A program made the translations under genes and the position numbers. From IMG/VR virus record IMGVR_UViG_3300045988_184160, positions 1-64,000 of that record: a DNA stretch of 64,000 bases; one strand, written 5' to 3'. Below, one piece after another: positions 55,590 through 63,621 of this stretch; the first letter of the stretch is position 1, and each line of letters opens with the position of its first letter. Below the pieces are notes generated by a model. It worked only from the letters and a program-made list of their open reading frames with translations, did not search any database and was not told the DNA's origin. This DNA is from a virus.

Positions 55590-55621
55590 GGGGTTTACCT
55601 ATTTGGTAGGCCCCATTTTTT
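55590..55621 (+). terminator. rho-independent terminator (+ strand specific)
   Basis: GGGGTTTACC / GGTAGGCCCC (two G-U pairs valid only on + RNA) followed by ATTTTTT. Confidence 0.7.
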
Positions 55622-55869
55622 ATGCTGCCTGGTTTTTTGGTGGGGTTTTGGGTGTGGTGTTTTTGTTTTATGGGTGTGGTGGGGTTTGTTACCCAATATA
55701 ACTGTCCCCCTAAGTTGGGGGTAACATTATGATACTACTACTTTGTTTTAGTGTTCCTGGGACGCCCCACAACCGCACGAACACGGTGCCCAGCCAAAAA
55801 AGAACAATAAACACGCCCCACCCAGTAAAATATAAACTATATAACACACCAAAAAAGGGGGACACGAAA

Positions 55870-56622
55870 ATGGAAGAAAAAAACGAAAAAAAACAAACCT
55901 ACACCATACTCAAAATACGGGAACTAATCACCCAAATACCCCACACCCCCAACAACCAGAACACCCTAAAACGCCTCGAAACCATCCAACAATTCATCCT
56001 TAATAACACCATAAAAGGATCCCTATCCTCAGCAGATGAAGTAGCAAAAACCCTATTCCAAAACCCAGAAACACCCATCACAGAAATACTGCTCAGCAAC
56101 AAAACCACCCTCACCAGAGACAACTTTTACAAGGCAATCGGTAGGTATGACAAGCATTTCATCCGCGCCGCAGGCGGAAACTTTATCGAAAGCTTCATCT
56201 CCGCACACCAAAAATCAGTACAAGGAGACCCCGAAGCTTTCAAAAACATCGACAGGGTAATAAGCTCACTACCCCAAATGTTTAGGCCCGACAAAGAAGA
56301 CTTCGCACCAGAATCACTGAAACACCTGTTTTACGAGGTTCCCACCAACCCCAATCTGACACTGGAAGACTGTGTGCCGGAGCTTCTTTTCTTTGCCAAG
56401 CACAGCAAAATGATGCTAACCGCTGTCGCAGAGGGCCTAAATCAGGAGAAAATGATGTATATTTACCGGCTACTGCGCGGGGTAAATGTGCCTGAAAAGA
56501 GAACTACCACTGGTGAACGCCTTGAATTTAGTGATGAAGAGGTGGGTACGGCGCGTAGAATCATTAGTCGTTACGCAGAGAATAACGCGGATAAGGAGAT
56601 TGAGGAACTTAATGGACGCTAA
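55870..56622 (+). CDS. hypothetical protein (250 aa)
   Basis: ATG at 55870 with AGGGGGA RBS. The track ORF extension back to 55729 is probably non-coding A+C-rich leader. Confidence 0.65.
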   Translation: MEEKNEKKQTYTILKIRELITQIPHTPNNQNTLKRLETIQQFILNNTIKGSLSSADEVAKTLFQNPETPITEILLSNKTTLTRDNFYKAIGRYDKHFIRAAGGNFIESFISAHQKSVQGDPEAFKNIDRVISSLPQMFRPDKEDFAPESLKHLFYEVPTNPNLTLEDCVPELLFFAKHSKMMLTAVAEGLNQEKMMYIYRLLRGVNVPEKRTTTGERLEFSDEEVGTARRIISRYAENNADKEIEELNGR

Positions 56623-57703
56623 ACGATATATTGACGCGGGGGATATTACGCTAGAGAGCGATAAAGATTACCTTTTCTGGTGCACAGTTAAAGCTTATTT
56701 AGGTACGAAATCGGTTGATTTTTTCAGTAAAAATAATGGGCTTGATAATGCACCAAATAGTGTGATTCTTGAGGTGAGCCAAGAAGTTTCTGACCCTAAC
56801 ATTATTTTTCTTTTAGAAGACGCACCCAATAATTACTTACCACACCTTTATCTAAGTGAAATACAGGACAGGAACCGTGCGGGGGAGGATATTCCGGTAG
56901 GTTTCTCTGATTACCTCTTCCAGGAATACACCTCCACCTACAGGTGGCTAATGGCGCGGGCGGCAGGTAATCACCTACTAGGCGACGATTCTGCCTATAA
57001 CCTGAAAATTATTCTCGACGAAGATAAGGATGTTGCACAGATTCTAAGGATGTACCTTATTTCTGGCGCAAAGAATCTGCATATTAACCTTGAAGATGAC
57101 AGCTCCGCGAATATTGCTTTGCACCTACTTATGGCTGGCGAGTTCACTAAAGGCGACTGGGTTTCACCTGCCCAGAAGAAGGAATATATGAAGGAAAACC
57201 TGCGGGTTCCTGGGTTTTATCAGGTGGTTGAGCGGCATTCTAGGGACGGTGAGCTGCTGTCCAAGCCTTTGTCACGGCTTCTGGTTTATGTTGATTCCCT
57301 TGAGAACACTGGGTTTTCGGGGCTGGTTATTGATGAGCCGTTTAGTTTAGCTGAGCGTCGCCGCATGTTTAGCAAGGCTGACTCTGATGTTCAGCATCTT
57401 TATAGGGGTCTTCTTGAGCCGTCGGATACCTATCGTAGGGTGTCGTTTTCTTTTGTGGACACTGGGGTTTTGGGGTGCATGAATGTGCTTGAGGATCGTT
57501 ATATGTTGAGTAGATTGGAGGGTTCTGCTGAGCGTAGGGTGTCTTGTGTGGGTGCTGATGGGGGGCTTGTTGAAGTAGTGGATAGTTTTTCTGCTTCTGA
57601 GTTTGTGTATTGGTGCTTGAGGGAGCGGGATTCTTCGTTGGATTTGTCGTCTTTGAGTTCTTCGGCGTGGGATCGACTGAATGGTGGCATTATTAAGGGG
57701 TAA
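56612..57703 (+). CDS. hypothetical protein (363 aa)
   Basis: ATG at 56612 overlaps the previous stop. No motif recognised. Its stop codon overlaps the first TGATGTCAT repeat. Confidence 0.65.
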   Translation: MDAKRYIDAGDITLESDKDYLFWCTVKAYLGTKSVDFFSKNNGLDNAPNSVILEVSQEVSDPNIIFLLEDAPNNYLPHLYLSEIQDRNRAGEDIPVGFSDYLFQEYTSTYRWLMARAAGNHLLGDDSAYNLKIILDEDKDVAQILRMYLISGAKNLHINLEDDSSANIALHLLMAGEFTKGDWVSPAQKKEYMKENLRVPGFYQVVERHSRDGELLSKPLSRLLVYVDSLENTGFSGLVIDEPFSLAERRRMFSKADSDVQHLYRGLLEPSDTYRRVSFSFVDTGVLGCMNVLEDRYMLSRLEGSAERRVSCVGADGGLVEVVDSFSASEFVYWCLRERDSSLDLSSLSSSAWDRLNGGIIKG

Positions 57704-57969
57704 TGATGTCATTACTGGGGCACATGATTGCATAATCCTAGCTAGGTGACTGCATTTTCAGGAATAATGGTGGCATATTCACATGGTATGCCACCATTTT
57801 TATAGGTTGATGATGTCATTACCAACTTCCTTGATGTCATATTTGGATAGCATGATGTCATTTTTTACTATCAACACCATCACTCTAGGCACCTCTTGAT
57901 GTCACAATAACAGCCCATGATGTCATAATAAGCGGGTGATGGTATCATTTTAGAGTCCAATGATGTCAT
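57704..57969 (+). repeat. iteron-like array: 8 direct copies of TGATGTCAT on a ~21-bp lattice
   Basis: Copies start at 57704, 57811, 57832, 57853, 57897 (TGATGTCAC), 57918, 57937 (variant TGATGGTATCAT) and 57961. All are in the same orientation. Confidence 0.9.
57766..57801 (+). terminator. rho-independent terminator inside the repeat region
   Basis: Perfect 12-bp stem AATGGTGGCATA / TATGCCACCATT with T-run. Confidence 0.8.
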
Positions 57970-57991
57970 TTTAGAGCTAGAGAAGGGCAAA

Positions 57992-60079
57992 ATGACCCAC
58001 CAGAACACCACTGCACCGCAATCCGCACTGCTCGCGTTAGGTCAATACCGCCCAAAAAACCAAGAAAACGAAATATTCGAAACACTAAAACGTGAAGGAT
58101 ACGACCTCACCGAACTACAACCAGCCGTCGAACAAGACGGAAACAAACTCGTCATCACCTGCGCAGGCTCCGGTAAAACCACAATGCTCTGCATCAACAT
58201 CCTCAACGACCTCAAAAACGGCGAATACCAAACCCAAGCAACCACCAAAAACGGGATACCCATCACCCAAACAACCAAAGTATGGGTAGGAACCTTCTCA
58301 GCATCAGGCGCAAAATCACTCAAAAACTCCCTCAACAACTACGCCCGCATGCTAGACATCAACAACAGCAGAGACAACATCACCATCTCAACCCTGCACG
58401 CAGAATTTAAAAAAGTCATCGAAGAAGCAGGAGACCAGCTCCTCGGACGAGAAGGCACCAGCCTTAACATGATCGACGACCAAACCAACGAAAAAATCCT
58501 AAAGAAAGTCCTCACCAAAAAACACGAAATACACCTACAACAAGAAGACTTCAAAAAACTCTACACCGCCCTCATGTACACGCGGGCATCCCTTAAACCC
58601 GACAAAAAATACTCCCACGAAGGGTACAGGGTACTCAAAGACAAAGAAACCCCTGAAACAATCGAAGCGATCCTGGACAACTGGGCGCAAGCAAGAGAAC
58701 ACTGGAACGACGTGGGCGGGTACGACTTTGAGGACTTGCAGGACATCCTCTACGTGCGGCTTGCATACCCCGAGAGTTTCCCAGAATACGACTGGCAGAA
58801 AGCAATCAGTGGACGCTACACCCGCATCTTCATGGACGAATTTCAGGACACCAGTGACAAGCAGCTGTACATTTTGAAGCACTACGCAACCGACCCTGGG
58901 TTCAAGAAAATCGTTGCTGTGGGTGACGACGACCAGATGATTTACTCTTGGCGTGGCTCCTCCACAACGGTTATCACCAAGGACTTCAAAGAGCATTTCA
59001 ACCCCACCGTGGTTGCGCTCTCCAAAAACCGCAGGTGCGCTCGCGGTGTCCTCATGCCCGTTATCCCCTCAATCGAGAGGAACACGGATCGGTACGAGAA
59101 ACTGATTACCAGTGATATTGAGGGCGGCAGGACAGAGCTCGCAGGGTACAGCTCATTCGACGCTATGGGGCAAGACCTGATCCGCCGAGCCCAAGCAGAT
59201 GTGAGGGTTGGGCGTAGCGTCGCTGTGCTCTGCAGGGATAACCGGAGCGGTATCATACCAGCCTTGTTTTTCCAGTCTGCTATCAGTAGCAAAGGTACGG
59301 GCGTGAATTTCAGGATTTCTGGTTTCGGCATGTCCCTCGCATCTAGGACGGGTAAGGACGCGATATCTGTTTTGTCACTTATCGACCAGACGGGGGAAGA
59401 GCTGTACCGCCCATTGTCGAACCTTGTTGGTGGTTACATGCGTTCCCCTGAGGTGGGTGCGGTGGTTGATCGGTGCCGTGAGACTGGGCAGACTGTTTGG
59501 GAGCTCATGGATTCTGAGCCTGCGGGGTTCAAGTACACTGCTCTTAAACTGTACGGCAAGCTCCTGCCTTTACGGGAAGCTAAAGAGAAAAGCTCTTCTG
59601 ACACTGATTTTGCGCTCGCTATCTGTGACTATTTCATGCACGACATTTGGGGTAGCGCCACCAGTGACAAGCAGTTGCAGCTGCAGGCTTTATGCCAGGC
59701 TTTGAAGTCTCTTATCGCGGCTTCGGGTAGCTACCGTGAGGCGGTTAAAACATTGTATGGGCTTGGGTCTGATATTCGTGAGAGGGTGGATAACCTTGGT
59801 GCCCCGATTAGTGTAGCTACTGTCCATGATTTCAAGGGTAAGGAAGCAGATTCGGTTTATTTGTGGGATGATACGCTGGGTGTTTTCCCGAAGGATGATG
59901 CTTTGGAGCTTGAAGAAGAGAGGCGTCTGCACTATATTGCGTGCACCCGTGCTAGGGATAATCTGGTGATTATGTACCGTGACGGTGAGGGTTTCGGGCC
60001 TGGGCGTTTTGTGCGTGAGATGGATTTATCTCTCATGGAGCGGCGTGACCGTGACGTTAGTGGTTTAACGTTGCTCTAG
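57992..60079 (+). CDS. UvrD/Rep/PcrA-like superfamily 1 DNA helicase
   Basis: Motif I VITCAGSGKTTML, II IFMDEFQDTS, III VGDDDQMIYSWRGS, IV LSKNRRCA, V VATVHDFKGKEADSVYL, VI EERRLHYIACTRARDNLVI. Confidence 0.9.
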   Translation: MTHQNTTAPQSALLALGQYRPKNQENEIFETLKREGYDLTELQPAVEQDGNKLVITCAGSGKTTMLCINILNDLKNGEYQTQATTKNGIPITQTTKVWVGTFSASGAKSLKNSLNNYARMLDINNSRDNITISTLHAEFKKVIEEAGDQLLGREGTSLNMIDDQTNEKILKKVLTKKHEIHLQQEDFKKLYTALMYTRASLKPDKKYSHEGYRVLKDKETPETIEAILDNWAQAREHWNDVGGYDFEDLQDILYVRLAYPESFPEYDWQKAISGRYTRIFMDEFQDTSDKQLYILKHYATDPGFKKIVAVGDDDQMIYSWRGSSTTVITKDFKEHFNPTVVALSKNRRCARGVLMPVIPSIERNTDRYEKLITSDIEGGRTELAGYSSFDAMGQDLIRRAQADVRVGRSVAVLCRDNRSGIIPALFFQSAISSKGTGVNFRISGFGMSLASRTGKDAISVLSLIDQTGEELYRPLSNLVGGYMRSPEVGAVVDRCRETGQTVWELMDSEPAGFKYTALKLYGKLLPLREAKEKSSSDTDFALAICDYFMHDIWGSATSDKQLQLQALCQALKSLIAASGSYREAVKTLYGLGSDIRERVDNLGAPISVATVHDFKGKEADSVYLWDDTLGVFPKDDALELEEERRLHYIACTRARDNLVIMYRDGEGFGPGRFVREMDLSLMERRDRDVSGLTLL

Positions 60080-60127
60080 CTATACTTTTTTCTACTAGCA
60101 GTATTTTTGTTGAGAATTTAAGGACTG

Positions 60128-61966
60128 GTGAGCACAATTTTGGAAGAAGAATACCCAGATTATGAGGATGAGTACGTATATGATGACTACCCAGATGATT
60201 ATGATGAAGAAGAAGAAGAGGAATACGACAGCGCCAATGAAGAAGCGCCAGGCGCAACAGCCTTCATCCAACAGCAAAACCATGTAGCATCAGCAGACAA
60301 AAAATACTCTTCACCCAAACCAGAAGAACACGACTTCCCGCCCCTAAAAGGCACAGACATCGTTTCCCGAATCCTCGACAAAACCGAGACAGGGAAAGCG
60401 CTCGTCATCTTCGACCCCGACATTGATGGTGCCATAGCTGGGCTATTCTTCTGCTGGGAACTACATAAACGCGGCATCACGTTCAAAACCTACGTTAACC
60501 CTGGGCGTGAACACGGGTTCCTACTCGGGGAGAAAGAAGCTAAAACACTCGCAGGCGGCACAGTGTTCGCGGGGGATTTCACGGTAACACGTGAACAGGT
60601 GAAAATGCTCACCAGCAACAATGTTTCCATCGTGTGTATCGACCACCACGAGTTTGAGGCTGGGGCTAAGGACACTGCGTTCATTCACTACACTGACGGG
60701 GAACCAGTCGTGGGTGGCACCCCACCAGAGGGGTGCACTGCTGAGGGTGTGGTAGTGAACACCCAGTATGAGTGGGAGCCGGAAGGTAACCGGTTCCAGT
60801 CCGGGGCGGGCGCGGTGTGGGAGGTACTAAGGAGGATCAGCCCAACCATGTATGACACATCCGACGCTAAAGCACTCGTCGGGTGGACTCTGCTCTCAGA
60901 TATCCGTGACATATCCGCACCTGCAGCGAAGATTTTCCTGTGGGAGCTTTTCAACCAGCCATACGATGGGTGGCTCAAAAAGTATGCGGATATCCTTCCC
61001 CGTAACCCTTTCGAGCCTTTCGGGGTGCCCCGCGCTTCTAGGCAGTGGGTGGACTATAGCCTGTCACCTAAAATAAACTCCCTGTTCAGGTTCGGGTTGG
61101 AACGTGAAGCTGTCGCATTCACACTAGGGGGCTTGTACCCTTATGCTGATGCGCAAAAAGACCAGCGTAAACTAGTTGACCTTCTGCAGGAGATCGCGCA
61201 TGTGAAAGATTACGGTGCGTTGACTGTGGTGGCTATCCCCAGGTTCCACCCTAAGATTCCGTCTGATGTGAGGAAACACATCTCAAACTTTGTGGGGCTT
61301 GTAGCATCAAACCACACGGAGAAAGGTAAAGGGTGCCTCGGTTTCGTGTATGACGGGTTCGGTAACGAGTTGGAGGACGGCACCCCTTACCACCAGTTAG
61401 ATGGGGTGGGGCGCGCATCGTTCCGTTCAAACATCACAGGCTACCCGTACCGCGAGAATTTCAGAGGACAGGGGGTTGATGCTAGGGGGCATAGTATGGC
61501 TTTCGGTATCAAAAACCTGAAACCATCTAATGATTTGTTTGAGAACCTGAACAGTATTTGCGTGGAAGCTAAAACCAAGTACCCAAATATTCTGAAAGTA
61601 AAAGTTCTCAAAACCCTAGACTGGGATACCCTACGTGACATAGCCGAACACAACGACTACTCCCCCACAAAAGACCAGATCCTAGTGAAATACAACCCGT
61701 GGGCAAACACTGAGGAGGAAGTGCTAATACCCGCAGATGATGCATCCAAGTTCCATGCGGAACACAACATTCTGCACCGCTACGATGATGGTGAATCATC
61801 CTCCAAGATGCCGTGGGTAACTGAGGATCAGTCCGAGAAATTCATTAAATACCGTGTGGAAGGGATTCAGATTCTTTCCTACGGTGAGAAGTATTCACCA
61901 GTGGACAGGTTCTTACAGGTCTTCACTGTAAAAAACACTCTCGGGGTAACCTGCAAGGACTTTTAG
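60128..61966 (+). CDS. DHH/DHHA1-family phosphoesterase (RecJ-like) with polyacidic N-terminus
   Basis: GTG start. DHH motifs IFDPDIDGAIAG, FAGDFTV, VCIDHHEF. DHHA1-like ARGHSMAFGI. The first ~45 aa are EEEYPDYEDEYVYDDYPDDYDEEEEEEYD. Confidence 0.75.
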   Translation: MSTILEEEYPDYEDEYVYDDYPDDYDEEEEEEYDSANEEAPGATAFIQQQNHVASADKKYSSPKPEEHDFPPLKGTDIVSRILDKTETGKALVIFDPDIDGAIAGLFFCWELHKRGITFKTYVNPGREHGFLLGEKEAKTLAGGTVFAGDFTVTREQVKMLTSNNVSIVCIDHHEFEAGAKDTAFIHYTDGEPVVGGTPPEGCTAEGVVVNTQYEWEPEGNRFQSGAGAVWEVLRRISPTMYDTSDAKALVGWTLLSDIRDISAPAAKIFLWELFNQPYDGWLKKYADILPRNPFEPFGVPRASRQWVDYSLSPKINSLFRFGLEREAVAFTLGGLYPYADAQKDQRKLVDLLQEIAHVKDYGALTVVAIPRFHPKIPSDVRKHISNFVGLVASNHTEKGKGCLGFVYDGFGNELEDGTPYHQLDGVGRASFRSNITGYPYRENFRGQGVDARGHSMAFGIKNLKPSNDLFENLNSICVEAKTKYPNILKVKVLKTLDWDTLRDIAEHNDYSPTKDQILVKYNPWANTEEEVLIPADDASKFHAEHNILHRYDDGESSSKMPWVTEDQSEKFIKYRVEGIQILSYGEKYSPVDRFLQVFTVKNTLGVTCKDF

Positions 61967-62075
61967 GTACCGGAGCACCATAAAACCAGTCCAGATTAGG
62001 GTTTCGTTACCAAAAATATGGTATCCTTTGAATACTAGTGAACCTTCGTAAAGAAAACAGGAAAAGCAGGTAAAA

Positions 62076-63512
62076 TTGTCTAACTTTATTAACCGAGGAC
62101 CGTTTAAAGGTATCCGTGGTACCGCCCGCGCAGACGGCACTTTCCTCCTAGAAGAAGTCGGTGTTTCTATCGACATCGGCAACTCTGAAACTAAGGCTGT
62201 TGTTGTTCTTCAGACGATTGATGGGCCTATAAAGCCTATTTATATCCCCATTACGCTGCCCAATACTTTCATTCGTGAATCCACTATCCCACTCGGTGAT
62301 GAGGTCTTCCCGGATGAAAATAATGAAGAGGTGCGTTCGTGGCGTTTCTATCCTTGTGGTGTCTACACTGCAAAGAACGGACAAGAAATAGATCTATCCC
62401 AAGAAAATAATCAATACGGCAAGCAGGCGTACTGGGATGCTGGGCTTAACGTCGAGATCAACGAATCATCGGGCAACGGGACAGCTCTCCCTGCAGGGAG
62501 TTTCACCCCGAAGGTAAACACTATGACCACCGTACTAACCCTTAACCTTGTTTTCGGTGAAGTGTACCGCCGTATTAGCAAAAAATTCGGGGTCTCTATT
62601 GAGAATTTTGATATTGTCTTCGCTAAAGTGGGCGCAATGTTGCCTCCCAAGGAGTTTAGGGATGAGGAGACTCCCAACAGTGGGCAGATGCTCCTCAAGA
62701 AGATGATCCTGTCAGTCAAAAACATTGAGTTTGCGTACCCACAGATCAGTAAACCAATTATTCTTAAAGACGGTATCAATAGTTTAGATATCAAGCGAGA
62801 AGGATACCCAGGTTTCTACTATACCCTGTTTGAAAGAATGGGTAAGGGGGTTTCTAAGCAGCGCAAGTTCTACTTTGAAGAGGACAAAAAGACTGGACAG
62901 AGAAGCAGTATCCTCCTCAGGCGTTTGTGTGTAATCATCGACGTTGGAAGTGGAACCTCTGATATCCTCATTTTCAAGGACGGTAAAATCACAGGTAGTC
63001 GCGGTACCGTTCCTTATGGTGCTAAAAATGTTGCTCTACATGTGCAGGGTAAGCTTGGGCTTGATGCGGTCTCCGAAGAGGACGTTAAAAACGGTTACGT
63101 GACTATGGGCAACGACCATAATATTGATATTAGTGCCGCAATTAATGATGGACGCCGAGTTGTTGCTGGGAAGATCATGTCTAAACTCTCGGATATTATC
63201 ACAAGCTCCGGTTTCAGTCTTGATAATGTTGCCTCTGTCCTAGTGATTGGTGGAGGGGCGATGACTTTTGAATCTTCCCGAGCTTATGAGGAGTCCACCC
63301 CTCACAGTGGTGAAGTGAAGGTGAAGATTCTCCCCATTAGCAAGTTCTTCAAGACAGAGTTCTCCCAAGTCGCGCAATATGCTAAGGTTCTAGACCTTCC
63401 TCTAGAGTCCTACCAGGATTCCGGGGTTCGTCCAACCGACCCGCGTATGATGAATGTTTGTGGCATGGCTTTCATCCTGCATCATCGCATCACCACTGAG
63501 AGCACAGAGTAA
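62076..63512 (+). CDS. actin-like ATPase (ParM/Alp family-like)
   Basis: Phosphate-1 SIDIGNSETKAVV, phosphate-2 VIIDVGSGTSDILIF, adenosine motif VLVIGGGAMTF. TTG start. Confidence 0.75.
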   Translation: MSNFINRGPFKGIRGTARADGTFLLEEVGVSIDIGNSETKAVVVLQTIDGPIKPIYIPITLPNTFIRESTIPLGDEVFPDENNEEVRSWRFYPCGVYTAKNGQEIDLSQENNQYGKQAYWDAGLNVEINESSGNGTALPAGSFTPKVNTMTTVLTLNLVFGEVYRRISKKFGVSIENFDIVFAKVGAMLPPKEFRDEETPNSGQMLLKKMILSVKNIEFAYPQISKPIILKDGINSLDIKREGYPGFYYTLFERMGKGVSKQRKFYFEEDKKTGQRSSILLRRLCVIIDVGSGTSDILIFKDGKITGSRGTVPYGAKNVALHVQGKLGLDAVSEEDVKNGYVTMGNDHNIDISAAINDGRRVVAGKIMSKLSDIITSSGFSLDNVASVLVIGGGAMTFESSRAYEESTPHSGEVKVKILPISKFFKTEFSQVAQYAKVLDLPLESYQDSGVRPTDPRMMNVCGMAFILHHRITTESTE

Positions 63513-63531
63513 TAATAGTGGGAACATGATC

Positions 63532-63572
63532 GGGGTGCACTATATCCAGCATATAGGGCACCCCTATCTTTC
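63532..63572 (+). terminator. stem-loop terminator after the actin-like gene
   Basis: GGGGTGCACTATAT / ATATAGGGCACCCC (1 mismatch) followed by TATCTTTCC. Confidence 0.5.
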
Positions 63573-63621
63573 CGTAGGGAGAACCTGCACACATTTTGGG
63601 TATTGAACATAGTAGGGGAAC

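Noticed and set aside
55631-55690. Canonical G-quadruplex in the GT-only tract
   Set aside because: Four G3+ runs exist (GGGG, GGG, GGG, GGGG), but one intervening loop is ~22 nt, outside the usual 1-7-nt (or relaxed 12-nt) definition. I kept only the compositional observation.
55729-55869. N-terminal extensions of track ORFs (55729, 4549, 23470, 24796, 38546, 47951, 48994, 56486, 36013, 1996)
   Set aside because: The extensions overlap the preceding gene, a hairpin or a terminator and lack an RBS. An internal ATG with a good Shine-Dalgarno sequence (and, for 36100, a Tat signal that appears only from that start) is more plausible.
57704-57969. Possible CRISPR array
   Set aside because: The repeats are only 9-12 nt on a ~21-nt period, so the spacers would be ~10 nt. 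There are no 25-40-nt repeats and no cas genes other than TnpB-type nucleases. I found no other CRISPR-like regular repeat-spacer structure in the window by eye.
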